A stretch of DNA of 64,000 nucleotides. Origin: Candidatus Kerfeldbacteria bacterium. Its GTDB lineage: Bacteria > Patescibacteriota > Patescibacteriia > UBA9570 > XYC2-FULL-38-9. The notes under the pieces were generated by a model. The model did not search any database, was not told the DNA's origin, and saw nothing but the letters and a program-made list of their open reading frames with translations. The translations under genes and the position numbers were made by a program. Position 1 is the stretch's first letter. Each line of letters opens with the position of its first letter. This document shows, piece by piece, positions 9,666-19,224 of this stretch. The DNA is taken from the NCBI GenBank assembly GCA_016182555.1, contig JACPGJ010000008.1, forward strand, positions 220,272 through 284,271, in the 5' to 3' direction.

Positions 9666-10012
9666 ATAATTAAACGATTCACAATGGTAACAATTTTTTC
9701 TTGAATCGTTTTGTCTTCTACACTACGAGAGCGGTTGTCTTGTCGAGGTCGAATATTAATCATCGAATCAAATTCAATCCATTCTGAACGCGGCAAATCA
9801 GGATAGATATTGATTCCCCAAAGGTTCTCTTGCATTGATCCTTGATCAATCAGAACTTTTTCTTCGTCTGCATGCAAATCCCCACCCAGCGCCATAATTT
9901 CTTGTTCAATATCAACAACAGCCTTCACCATATCACCAAAACGCTGCAGTGCTAATTCTTGTACCACTGAAGTATTTATTGGTTCACGGACAATTAAAAT
10001 ATCACTCATCAT
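9662..10012 (-). CDS. hypothetical protein, translationally coupled to 9321..9665
   Basis: 116-aa ORF, no motif recognised; 4-nt overlap with the downstream gene indicates a two-gene operon. Confidence 0.3.
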   Translation of the reverse strand: MMSDILIVREPINTSVVQELALQRFGDMVKAVVDIEQEIMALGGDLHADEEKVLIDQGSMQENLWGINIYPDLPRSEWIEFDSMINIRPRQDNRSRSVEDKTIQEKIVTIVNRLII

Positions 10013-10108
10013 ATATCGGTATACTATAGGAGGAAATGATCTGTGTCAAAAATTTTATATGCTGCCGTCGAATAGTTTATTGTGAGAAAAATATTTAATA
10101 TTTTTAGT

Positions 10109-10723
10109 TTAATTAAAGCTATATTCTTTCATTTTTTGTTGAAATTGGTTGAAATTTGAATAAAATTCTGCATGAATACCAAATTCACGGGCAACATCAA
10201 CATTTTGTTGTGTATCATCCCATAGGAGTAGCTCTTCTTTAGTACACGGCTGTAACTGCTGCAGTACGCGGGCAAAAAATTCGGGAGATCCTTTTGTATA
10301 CCCAATATCCGAACTAGAAAATACCCCATCAAACAACTGGTTAAATTGGAGCATCTCTCGCAAGTAGGTTGTTCGATGCTGTTCTTGATTAGTCGCCACA
10401 AAACAGCGGACCCCTTGGCTACGAAGCTGTGCGACAACATCAATCACACGACTGTCGATTGCATTCTCTGACCGAAACCAATAATCACAAAATTCATCCA
10501 CACTTCCCTGCCACTTCCATTGCACAAGATATGGCTGCAGCTCTTTTTTCAAGTCCGCTTTTCCCACGATACAATCGAGCAAGTGTTCAGTAAAAAATGG
10601 TGCGGTCTCTTCTTCAGTTAAATGAAAATCCTGATGCAAGTAATACGAAAATCGTTTGCCAGTAATGACAACGCCATCGCAATCAAATAGCACAACACGA
10701 ACGGTATGGTGATCATTCATCAT
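10109..10723 (-). CDS. HAD-superfamily hydrolase
   Basis: Motif I VVLFDCDGVV (DxDGT/V) at the N-terminus, 204 aa. Confidence 0.7.
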   Translation of the reverse strand: MMNDHHTVRVVLFDCDGVVITGKRFSYYLHQDFHLTEEETAPFFTEHLLDCIVGKADLKKELQPYLVQWKWQGSVDEFCDYWFRSENAIDSRVIDVVAQLRSQGVRCFVATNQEQHRTTYLREMLQFNQLFDGVFSSSDIGYTKGSPEFFARVLQQLQPCTKEELLLWDDTQQNVDVAREFGIHAEFYSNFNQFQQKMKEYSFN

Positions 10724-11020
10724 ATATATTTCAGCCTATACCATTTCCAAGAAAAATGCTACCGTATGGTCATATTAAAAAAATCCCGTATGACCTACGA
10801 TTATTTTATTGCTTCGCGGTACAGAAACAAAGAAACAGTCTTGGAACTGGCACACAAAATTCGTGGTGAATGTATTTTGATCGGAGAACAGCAAGAAACT
10901 GAAAGCCTATATCTCATTTTTGATGAATCATACTCGACCATTGATGAGTTTATTCACCGCATAAAATAAAATTATATTTTGCGCTGCAAATATTTTTTCG
11001 TTTTGCGTATAGCAAATTTT

Positions 11021-11542
11021 CTAATAGAGCATAACATTCGCCACCGAAAATAGATCGCTATATGTGGTCATCAGAAAAACAATTCCTGCAACACCAGCAA
11101 TAAATAATAACTGGTCAACTACTCCATTCACTGGCGTGGTCAACCACTTCGGCAGTAAACGAATCCGTTTCCGCCAGGGAAAGAAATATTCGACGCCAGG
11201 TTTATTGAAACCATCGATGATTGGATGGCTCGCATAACCAAGAATCATCACCATCGGCAGAGCTGGATGATACGAACTCAAAAATAACTGAGTAAGAATA
11301 GCGATGATACTGATAGCGAGGAATGAATGAAAAAATCCGCGATGATGAAAAACCCCACGAAAAACTCCGAGTGCTCCACTGCCCATATAATGAATTTTTG
11401 CTGATGTTGCATCGATGTCTGGAAGTAAGGCTGCCAATGCACCAATAGCGAGCAACACGGGCACTTCATTGCCCAGTGGATACACTAATGCTGCCACCCA
11501 TACGGCATTCGCTCCAACAACGGCATGTGTTTTCCCACTCAT
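11021..11542 (-). CDS. membrane-bound metal-dependent hydrolase, YdjM/DUF457 family
   Basis: MSGKTHAVVG...LPDIDATSAKIHYMG...SHPIIDGF pattern and multiple TM segments. Confidence 0.55.
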   Translation of the reverse strand: MSGKTHAVVGANAVWVAALVYPLGNEVPVLLAIGALAALLPDIDATSAKIHYMGSGALGVFRGVFHHRGFFHSFLAISIIAILTQLFLSSYHPALPMVMILGYASHPIIDGFNKPGVEYFFPWRKRIRLLPKWLTTPVNGVVDQLLFIAGVAGIVFLMTTYSDLFSVANVMLY

Positions 11543-11587
11543 AGGTAAAATATTATAGTGAAAAAAGGATCAAAATAGAATATATCA

Positions 11588-12595
11588 TTACCGAGCAATG
11601 AAATTCATAATAAGTGCGACCATGGTTTCTTTTTGTTGGGGTTTGCTTTGCGCGATCAACAATGCGAGTGCAACGAGTGCATTGTTGTTAAATTTTCGTT
11701 CACCAATTTTGTTGAATAATAATTTATTCCGTTCAAGAAAAAGAATAAATAGAAACGAACCAATGCGTTTATTGCCGTCAGTGAATGGATGGTCTTTAAT
11801 AATAAAATACAACAGGTGCGCCGCTTTTGCCTCAATGCTTGAATATAACTCTTTACCGCCAAATGTTTGATAGATGTTTCCCAAAATGGCATGTAACATT
11901 TCATTCCGTTCACGACCAAAAATTTCTGTGGCTTCTTTTTTGCGCATTAAACTTAATTTCAGCTCGTGTATTGCTACTTGAGCAATGTCGGAGGTCAATC
12001 GATAGGCTAACTTGTGTTTTTTCACCGGTGCAGGAATGTTTTCATCATCATACTGCTGCAACCATATCCACGTATCAGCGTACTGGGTAATAATTTCCAG
12101 CAAACCTTCAGATTCAGAACGGCTCAACTGTTGTGCATGCATGGTTTGTTTTATCAACGTTAGCGCATTTTCTAAATCGCGAAGAGGTGCTTGGGGTAGG
12201 CGGTGCTTATTGACCGTGAAACCTTTCACTAAATGGTCACGCAAAACACGCGTCGCCCAAATACGAAATTGTGTACCTTCTTTGGAATTTACTCTATAGC
12301 CTATAGAAAGAATCATATCGAGATTATAGAACTCAATTTCACGTTCTATTTCACGATTCCCCTCTTTTTGAACTGTTGCAAAATTTGCAACAGTTGAAGC
12401 TTTATCTAACTCAAGAGATGCATAGATGTTTCGTATATGTCTCGAAATACCAGACTTATCCACAGCAAAGAGTTGTGACAATTGGTTTAATGTTAACCAT
12501 ACTGTCTCATTGAGAATCTTAACTTCAACTGAGAGTTTCCCAGTCTTAGACTGGTAAATCATAATTTCGCCCGTGTTTTTTGGCATACGTTTCAT
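11588..12595 (-). CDS. RhuM-like N-terminal domain fused to a Fic/Doc domain (HPFTDGNKRIGSF)
   Basis: N-terminus IMIYQSKTGKLSVEVKILNETVWLTLNQLSQLF (RhuM). C-terminal HPFTDGNKRIG, the Doc-type variant of the Fic motif HxFx(D/E)GNxR. Track start at 12631 is TTG; the ATG at 12593-12595 is used. Confidence 0.65.
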   Translation of the reverse strand: MKRMPKNTGEIMIYQSKTGKLSVEVKILNETVWLTLNQLSQLFAVDKSGISRHIRNIYASLELDKASTVANFATVQKEGNREIEREIEFYNLDMILSIGYRVNSKEGTQFRIWATRVLRDHLVKGFTVNKHRLPQAPLRDLENALTLIKQTMHAQQLSRSESEGLLEIITQYADTWIWLQQYDDENIPAPVKKHKLAYRLTSDIAQVAIHELKLSLMRKKEATEIFGRERNEMLHAILGNIYQTFGGKELYSSIEAKAAHLLYFIIKDHPFTDGNKRIGSFLFILFLERNKLLFNKIGERKFNNNALVALALLIAQSKPQQKETMVALIMNFIAR

Positions 12596-12639
12596 GTGAG
12601 TTATATTATACACAACTGAATATTCAGGCAAATAGAAAA

Positions 12640-12660
12640 CGCCCGGTTTGGGGACGTCTT
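12640..12660 (-). terminator. weak rho-independent terminator after the zinc-ribbon gene
   Basis: On the minus strand: CGTCC-CCAAACC-GGGCG followed by TTTTCTATTT. Confidence 0.3.
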
Positions 12661-12697
12661 CTAGAAGTATAGCACAATTCGTGGTAGAGGCAACGGT

Positions 12698-13024
12698 TTA
12701 TGCCGCGTCTTTCCAGCGTTTCAGTTCGTGCATGTTTTTAGTGAACTTACGAGCCAGGAAACCTGGAATATGCATCTCCTTCATTTTCCCTTCCACTTTC
12801 GTTTTCATCTCTTCAAAAGTGATAGTCGGCTCAGTAAATTGACCGTTTTGATAACAACGGCTGCAATATTCGCTACTTTTCGTACCGTCGGCATTGGTAC
12901 CACCGCCTTGTTCATCTTTGGAAAGCGGCATGCCACAACTTTGGCAAAACGGCCCTTTTGGTTGAAACATAGGATAACAATAATGATTATAGCTGTAGCC
13001 TAGCAAACCTGTGCTGAAACGCAA
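12698..13024 (-). CDS. putative zinc-ribbon domain protein (paralog of 25659..25928)
   Basis: CQSCGMPL...CSRCYQNGQFTEPTITFEEM...KRWK aligns with CQSCAMPM...CTHCYQKGAFTQPNISMEQM...KRWK in the other copy. Start is probably at the internal MFQPKG (about 12970). Confidence 0.45.
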   Translation of the reverse strand: MRFSTGLLGYSYNHYCYPMFQPKGPFCQSCGMPLSKDEQGGGTNADGTKSSEYCSRCYQNGQFTEPTITFEEMKTKVEGKMKEMHIPGFLARKFTKNMHELKRWKDAA

Positions 13025-13052
13025 CTATCGAACGCGCGCTGTCCTGCAATTT

Positions 13053-15425
13053 CTATTTCTTTACCTTCACACTCAGCGCATCTGATTGTGCAGAAACGTA
13101 TTCGTTTGTATCATCATTTTTTGGTGACCATTTTGCGACAAACTTCACTTTCTTTTGTGCTGGCTTTATTTTTACGGTAATCGTTGCTACTCCTTTCGCA
13201 TTGGTCTTACCATGCCCCACACCTGTTAATGTATCTCCAATCTTACGAAACAAATTCACGCGTTGCTGCGACAATTTTTTATTCGTCACCGCATCTTTCA
13301 ATGTGGTTTTTACTTGCACTGTTGTTTTCTTTGCTGATTGTGCTCCTCGATGTTGTGTTCCAACGCGAGCGGCTTTATTTACTTTTTTCAACGTGAGCGA
13401 GGCTTTCGATTTCAAATCAAACAAACCACGTGATGTTCCGGCAATCGTGCCATCAAAGAACAATGTATAGAATGTTTCATCCTGCAAACCAGTATACAAT
13501 GTGCCCCATGTTTCTCCGCCATCACTCGATTTCAATAATACTCCTTGGCTGTAATAATTCGTGGCACCCAGATACAACGTATTTGGTTCAGTCGAAGCCT
13601 GAACAGTGAGACTGTGGTATTCTCGCAAACGATCCAAACCTTCAGTAATTTTTGTCCAAGTCTCGCCTGCATCCGTTGATTTATAGAAACCGAAATTCGT
13701 TGTGTCATTATTCCCATATTCAATACTGGCAATGGCATAGACGGTAGAATCATCATCTGGATCAACAGCCACCTTCACCACTTCTTCCTCTGGTGAATTA
13801 TCTACATGCGTCCATTCACTATCGCTGTATTTATAGATACCTGTTTTATACGATGTTCCCCCTTCAGCGCCGACACCAACATAGATATCTCCATTAGATG
13901 CTTGTGCAATGGTTTGTGCGGCTGGGCCGTCTAATAGCTCCATATCTTCCCATGTCGCACCCAGATCTGTTGATTTGAATACATATCCTGTTTTTGGCAC
14001 ATTCGGATCATTGCTCATCACTGCCGCATACAAGGTATTTTCATCACTCACATCTTGAATAATTTCATTGACCACATAGTCGGTAGTGATCAAGTCAGAA
14101 ATGAGATTTTCAGACCACGTATCGCCACCATCTGTGGTACGGACAATCGCGCCAATTTCACCAGCCACCACAATATTCCCATCATCGGGTTTCACCCAAA
14201 TGGCTCCTCCTGGTTCTTGAATCACAAATGACCAGGTTGGGTTTTCGGAAGTGAAATTTTCGGTTTTCACAATACCGTTATACGCCGCACCCCACATAAT
14301 ATTTTTGTCTGTGGCTTGGCTGATATCCGTAATGGTTACCCCCAAAATACCTTGGTTCATATCCGCCCACGTTTCTCCACGGTCAATACTCTTACTTAAG
14401 CCCGGTATACCATCCACATACAACACATCCACATCTGTCGGGTCAATGGTAATATTGTGTCCACCCAGCGCGGTATTCGATTCATCTTGGCCAAGAGCTT
14501 CCCACGTTGCGCCACCATCGTTGGAATATTGTTCACTAAAATATAAGCGGCCTTCTTGATCAAACACACAGGTTTGCGACATGACTGCTGTTTCTACCCA
14601 GGTATCGCCACCATCAGCGCTGTAATACCCGTTCGCATTATACCCACCGCTAAGAGCAATATTATTCGCATCTGTCGGATTCACACACACGCGTGGACCA
14701 GCGGAATTATCTTGGATAGTCGGAATAGTCAATTCACTCCATGTTGCCGCGCTATCTGTTGAACGATACACACGGGTAACATAGTCAGAATCAAAACCGA
14801 GTGCATAGAATTCGCCGTCTGTTGGCGAACTCTCCAGCCACCAAATCGTCACTCCATCTGCCACCATGACGGTGTCAAAATTGTCTCCTTCATCGCTGCT
14901 CACTAATACTGCACCGGCAGTGCTATTACTTGATGTGATGAGCACACCTTGTGCATATAACAGAGCGGTTCCAAAATCTTCTGAAATACGAGTGAATGTA
15001 ACGCCATTGTCTTCGCTACGATATAACCCACCATTAAATGCTGTAAATACATTGCCATTATCTTGGTTCACTTCTACGGCAACACCGCCGCCATAATCAA
15101 CACCCTCTATTCCTTCCCAGGTGTCACCACCATCATTCGAGCGATAAAAACCATTCGGTGAATCTTTTGCCACGGTATACACATAGCCACTCGTCGAATC
15201 AATCGCCACATCCCACAAGTCACCGCCGTAGGGACCCAATGGTTGTACATCAGCGGTTTCCGTATTATCCGCTACTGGTACCTCACCGCCATCACCATCA
15301 CCGCCGCTAAAATCACCATTATCACCTTCCTCGGCGCGTACAGTGTAGGCATACGCACAAAGCACAATAGCTACGCTTGCAAAAATAATGCTAAACGCAC
15401 GCTTGTTGAATACGTGTTCCTCCAT
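13053..15425 (-). CDS. secreted BNR/Asp-box repeat protein with Lys-rich C-terminal tail
   Basis: N-terminal signal-like hydrophobic segment; at least 9 SxDxGxTW Asp-box repeats (SNDGGDTW, SADGGDTW, SNDGGATW, TTDGGDTW, STDLGATW, STDAGETW, SSDGGETW...); C-terminal ~130 aa is K-rich. Confidence 0.65.
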   Translation of the reverse strand: MEEHVFNKRAFSIIFASVAIVLCAYAYTVRAEEGDNGDFSGGDGDGGEVPVADNTETADVQPLGPYGGDLWDVAIDSTSGYVYTVAKDSPNGFYRSNDGGDTWEGIEGVDYGGGVAVEVNQDNGNVFTAFNGGLYRSEDNGVTFTRISEDFGTALLYAQGVLITSSNSTAGAVLVSSDEGDNFDTVMVADGVTIWWLESSPTDGEFYALGFDSDYVTRVYRSTDSAATWSELTIPTIQDNSAGPRVCVNPTDANNIALSGGYNANGYYSADGGDTWVETAVMSQTCVFDQEGRLYFSEQYSNDGGATWEALGQDESNTALGGHNITIDPTDVDVLYVDGIPGLSKSIDRGETWADMNQGILGVTITDISQATDKNIMWGAAYNGIVKTENFTSENPTWSFVIQEPGGAIWVKPDDGNIVVAGEIGAIVRTTDGGDTWSENLISDLITTDYVVNEIIQDVSDENTLYAAVMSNDPNVPKTGYVFKSTDLGATWEDMELLDGPAAQTIAQASNGDIYVGVGAEGGTSYKTGIYKYSDSEWTHVDNSPEEEVVKVAVDPDDDSTVYAIASIEYGNNDTTNFGFYKSTDAGETWTKITEGLDRLREYHSLTVQASTEPNTLYLGATNYYSQGVLLKSSDGGETWGTLYTGLQDETFYTLFFDGTIAGTSRGLFDLKSKASLTLKKVNKAARVGTQHRGAQSAKKTTVQVKTTLKDAVTNKKLSQQRVNLFRKIGDTLTGVGHGKTNAKGVATITVKIKPAQKKVKFVAKWSPKNDDTNEYVSAQSDALSVKVKK

Positions 15426-15501
15426 AAAAATGACATAATAATAAACTACAGTAATTATATCACTGCTGTTTTTATTCTGCTAGTATCAACTGTTTCATGC
15501 A

Positions 15502-15675
15502 TCAGGCTACGCGATTTGGGCAACCGGTTTTGTGACAAACCACTTCGTGCAACGGTGTTGGTTCAAATGTGTTCACTTCATGACACGCTTTACACTTTAC
15601 TTCAATTTGTCCTTCGATAAGCATGCCTTTAAACAACAATTTACCATCATTTTTACAACGATATTCTTTAATCAT
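15502..15675 (-). CDS. Com-like zinc-finger protein (phage Mu Com translational-regulator family), 57 aa
   Basis: Not in the ORF track: MIKEYRCKNDGKLLFKGMLIEGQIEVKCKACHEVNTFEPTPLHEVVCHKTGCPNRVA. It matches the Com pattern RCxNCxKLLFK...IEIxCxRC apart from one missing Cys. Confidence 0.4.
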   Translation of the reverse strand: MIKEYRCKNDGKLLFKGMLIEGQIEVKCKACHEVNTFEPTPLHEVVCHKTGCPNRVA

Positions 15676-15819
15676 GGATCTATTGTAGCATACTCAAATA
15701 CCAGATTCGACAACTATCAATCCACACATTAGTAAATCATTATTAAGGGATTTGAAATACTGTTTGTTCGTTTTGTTCAAATATGCACCAGATGAATTTC
15801 AATAATATTTGTTTGAATG

Positions 15820-16392
15820 TTATTTGAGTATGGAGTATTTTTTTACCAAGCCTGTCTGTTCCCAATATTTACCCAAGCCAAGGTAGTCACCTACCGGAAT
15901 ACGGGTGAAAATGAGAAAGAGAAAAAGATAAATAATATGCTCATCCAAGAACGGATTTGTTTCTGTTGGTAGAAGCGCTGACCACATCAGCAACATCAGC
16001 AAAGCACCGCTATATCCCGCAATTTTCACTCCAATACCAAGAATGAGTGCAAGGCCAATACCCAGCAACCCAAGCATGAATAACCAAGCAACAATGTCAC
16101 TATTGGCCATAGAATGATACATACTCGCAAATGGACCGGTAGCCGCTTTGCCGAGGAAACCAGCAGTTGGCGAAACGCCATCTAACCATGATTTGTCCGA
16201 TTTGGTGGAAAACCCAAGACCAAAAACTTTATCAATAAACGCCCAGAAAAAGAGAAAACCCATGAGAATGCGTAAGATACCGAAAAGCCATTGCCCGCGA
16301 TACCCCTTACTTTGTGATGTACTCTGATTCATACGTGTATACATAAATAAATAATTAAAAATCCGTTTGCGACGAGCTTCTGAGAGCTTCAT
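15820..16392 (-). CDS. DoxX-like integral membrane protein
   Basis: WLFGILRILMGFLFFWAFIDKVFG and several TM helices; assignment by pattern only. Confidence 0.4.
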   Translation of the reverse strand: MKLSEARRKRIFNYLFMYTRMNQSTSQSKGYRGQWLFGILRILMGFLFFWAFIDKVFGLGFSTKSDKSWLDGVSPTAGFLGKAATGPFASMYHSMANSDIVAWLFMLGLLGIGLALILGIGVKIAGYSGALLMLLMWSALLPTETNPFLDEHIIYLFLFLIFTRIPVGDYLGLGKYWEQTGLVKKYSILK

Positions 16393-16593
16393 TACTTCAT
16401 ACTATACACCAAGGGGCATGTTGAGGCAATATTATTAATCATGTTATTCATCATGTCCCTGAATGCAGTGCTGATCGAAACATTGGACTTTTCTCTGAAG
16501 ATGTGACACACTAATCTGGTAAAATAGTATGGATTGAAGTATCGTCGAACTTCAGAAAATTCTAGATTGCATCTTTATAAGTAACGTTATTGT

Positions 16594-16842
16594 ATGACAG
16601 ATTCAGCAAAAGTTCTGACCGGAAAAATCAAAACGCTCGCTGACCGAGGTTTCGGTTTCATTAGCGTAGAAGGTCAAGAAAAAGAAGTGTTCTTTCACTC
16701 TTCTTCGCTCGTTGGCGTGAAATTTGAAGAGCTTTCTCAAGGTGATTTCGTTTCATTCGAAATCGAACAGTCAGATAAAGGTCCTCGTGCGATCAACGTA
16801 CAAAGAGTTGAGCAAGAAGAAGGAATGGTAGCAGCGGCATAG
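16594..16842 (+). CDS. cspA: cold-shock protein (CspA family) with acidic C-terminal extension
   Basis: GKIKTLADRGFGFISVEGQEKEVFFH (RNP1-like GFGFI). Confidence 0.85.
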   Translation: MTDSAKVLTGKIKTLADRGFGFISVEGQEKEVFFHSSSLVGVKFEELSQGDFVSFEIEQSDKGPRAINVQRVEQEEGMVAAA

Positions 16843-16869
16843 CTCGCAAAAATGCTGTGCTCTAAAAAA

Positions 16870-16893
16870 CTCCGTAGAACTACGGGGTTTTTT
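16870..16893 (+). terminator. rho-independent terminator of cspA (A-run upstream, so possibly bidirectional)
   Basis: CTCCGTAG-AA-CTACGGGG hairpin followed by TTTTTTG. Confidence 0.6.
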
Positions 16894-16952
16894 GTTTACC
16901 TGTGTGGCATGCCTCCTCGTAAAAAATAACTGAAAATGCTACTATAGGCCCT

Positions 16953-17450
16953 ATGCGATTACCAAATAGAAAACCAGGAAAATACACCTTTGCGAAATTT
17001 GATCCCGTAATGACGGCAGAAAAATTTGCGGCACTCCAAAAAAAACTGGAAAGAATACAAGCACAACTTCCGCAAGCGATTAAAGAAACACAGAAGTATG
17101 CCGAGAACGGTGATTTTTCAGAAAATGCTGAATACCAAATCGCGAAAAGCCGTTTGCGTGGGCTGAACCGCGCCATAGACGAACTGCAAAAACAAATACA
17201 TCATGCACAAATTATTGAACCTGCTGCGAGTACAGCGACTGTGCAAATCGGACATACCGTGACTATTACAGCAGATGGGCGCAAACACACGTTTCAAATA
17301 CTCGGTTCCACAGAAACGAATCCAAAAGCCGGCGTTATTTCGTATACCTCTCCGTTAGGTTCGGCGCTTATGGGACACGCTGTTGGTGAAATCACACGTG
17401 TGCAGATTGGCGACCGACAAGTGGAGTATACCATTTTGAGTATAACATAA
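16953..17450 (+). CDS. greA: transcription elongation factor GreA
   Basis: GDFSENAEYQIAK (GreA signature GD(L/F)SENAEY) and conserved C-terminal domain; the true start may be the internal MTAEKF. Confidence 0.8.
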   Translation: MRLPNRKPGKYTFAKFDPVMTAEKFAALQKKLERIQAQLPQAIKETQKYAENGDFSENAEYQIAKSRLRGLNRAIDELQKQIHHAQIIEPAASTATVQIGHTVTITADGRKHTFQILGSTETNPKAGVISYTSPLGSALMGHAVGEITRVQIGDRQVEYTILSIT

Positions 17451-17622
17451 TTGGACATAGCTTTATTTTGACTGTATTCTATACTTATAACTACAGTAAA
17501 AAAGTTATGCTAAAAAATATAGAGGAAGAAGCTCTCCATTGGGTAACCGATTCATCGGATAGAAACAGTAGAGCAAAAAATTCATGGCTGCTTGGCTATT
17601 TTAACTTGCTAATAATATCCGT

Positions 17623-17904
17623 ATGAAAATAGAATTAAAAAAATTTGGTGAAATGCTTATTTCAAGACCAGCCGGACGTGAAGCATTTTTAGCTTTGTCT
17701 GCATATCAAACTCGCGGTTTGACCAAAGATGAAGTTATTGAAATTGATTTTGCTGGGGTTAAAGTACTCACTCCTTCTTGGGCAGATGAAGTACTTCCAA
17801 AGTTAGTAGAACAATTTCCTAATATCATACTACTCAACACCTCTAATTCATCTGTTGAAGCAACACTAAAAACCTTGCGTGAATATTCTGCCTTTCCTTT
17901 ATAG
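17623..17904 (+). CDS. STAS-like domain protein (DUF4325)
   Basis: EIDFAGVKVLTPSWADEVL resembles the DUF4325/SiaB-like STAS pattern. Confidence 0.45.
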   Translation: MKIELKKFGEMLISRPAGREAFLALSAYQTRGLTKDEVIEIDFAGVKVLTPSWADEVLPKLVEQFPNIILLNTSNSSVEATLKTLREYSAFPL

Positions 17905-17937
17905 TACTTCAGTATTAAAGGTTTATCTCTCGCAAAC

Positions 17938-18336
17938 TTACTTTGCGTTTGGGTCGGTTTGGTGAAGACCAAAGGTGTTGCCTTCGGTGTCCAGGAAATA
18001 ACCTTGCCACGCCATTCCGGGCAGCGCAAATTTCGGCATGGCAACTTTGCCACCAGCGGCTTCAATTTTTTTAGCGATTTCATCAAAATTTTCTACTTGC
18101 ACAGTACACACAAATGCGTTTGTGCCACATTCCATCGGCGGGGTGTTTGCTGGGCGCTTCAATAACCCACCATTAATACCTGGTTCCGTACTGTCTTTCT
18201 CTGCGGTCATCACCATCCAATATTCCATTGTTGGCGAATCCCATTTTTCAATGTTCCAGCCAAACGCGGCGCGGTAAAATTTTGCTGCGCGCTCTACATC
18301 GTCTGCTTGAATTTCGAAGTGAGTGATTCTGTTCAT
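17938..18336 (-). CDS. VOC/glyoxalase-family protein
   Basis: MNRITHFEIQADDVERAAKFYRAAFGW... typical glyoxalase/bleomycin-resistance fold N-terminus. Confidence 0.6.
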   Translation of the reverse strand: MNRITHFEIQADDVERAAKFYRAAFGWNIEKWDSPTMEYWMVMTAEKDSTEPGINGGLLKRPANTPPMECGTNAFVCTVQVENFDEIAKKIEAAGGKVAMPKFALPGMAWQGYFLDTEGNTFGLHQTDPNAK

Positions 18337-18433
18337 AAGTGTTTTCGTTAATTATTTTTGATAGACAAATTCATGTTATACTTATAGAGATTAAATGTAA
18401 AGAAACTTCAATTGTATTGTGCAGAGTTATATT

Positions 18434-18658
18434 TCACTGTTTAATGCATAATATACCAACAGCTGCGGTCGTTTTTTTCCATTCATTCCAGAACTCTTCT
18501 CCAAAGCGCGCCATTCCCTCTTCTGCAATTTTGAGATCATATTTCCACTCTATTGTGGTAAAACCGGCTTCTCTGAGCGCTTGAGTATATGTCTCTTCAT
18601 CCCAATGTTTCACTATTATGCTGAGAACGCAAATGAACTGGTTATATGGTTTAAACCA
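18434..18658 (-). pseudogene. start-less C-terminal remnant of a class I SAM methyltransferase
   Basis: Stop-to-stop frame encoding ...WDEETYTQALREAGFTTIEWKYDLKIAEEGMARFGEEFW... with no start codon; it overlaps the 3' end of the kinase gene in another frame. Confidence 0.3.
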
Positions 18659-19179
18659 CTACGATGGATAATATTCCTTACAGATTCTTCGAGTGACCAC
18701 TCTTCGGGAATAATGCTCTCTTGTGTACAGTGAAGCAAGTCATTTTTTTTATACCATTGCCGCATCTCTTGCTCACCAAAACTATCTTTATTTGGTTTTG
18801 TCGCATGCCGTTTGAGTGTTGCTTCCAACGATATATCAAAATAAAAAAAGAAATTATTGTGTGGATGGATGGCTAATAATTCTTGAAACATCGGTTCATA
18901 TCGACCGCAATCAAAAATACCTTCCATAATAACATGGTAAGAATGGTTCAAACAATACAGAACAACGTCTTTTATCAATGCAATATTTTTTCCATTCGGA
19001 ATATCTTTTTCTTTCAACACCGTTCTGCGAAAATAATCTTGTTCAATGACTGCCATGGGCACAGCGGGTGTTTCTGCATCGCGAATGGCGTGAGCAACAG
19101 ATGTTTTTCCAGAACCCGATGGTCCGCGAAGAACAATCAGTTTTGTTGTTTCGACAATATTGTTAAATGTATGTTCCAT
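18616..19179 (-). CDS. P-loop NTPase/small kinase (AAA_33 / zeta-toxin-like fold)
   Basis: Walker A LIVLRGPSGSGKTSVAHAI near the N-terminus. Track start at 19185 is TTG; ATG at 19177-19179 used. Confidence 0.5.
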   Translation of the reverse strand: MEHTFNNIVETTKLIVLRGPSGSGKTSVAHAIRDAETPAVPMAVIEQDYFRRTVLKEKDIPNGKNIALIKDVVLYCLNHSYHVIMEGIFDCGRYEPMFQELLAIHPHNNFFFYFDISLEATLKRHATKPNKDSFGEQEMRQWYKKNDLLHCTQESIIPEEWSLEESVRNIIHRSGLNHITSSFAFSA

Positions 19180-19224
19180 TTCCAACTATGAATTCTTCTA
19201 TGTTCGTGCAATCATTATACACCA

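Noticed and set aside
10706-10969. 87-aa plus-strand ORF
   Set aside because: Its 5' third overlaps the HAD hydrolase start on the opposite strand. At most a 59-aa product from 10790 could be real, with no supporting features.
16880-17176. 98-aa minus-strand ORF
   Set aside because: Antisense within greA; low-complexity, no support.
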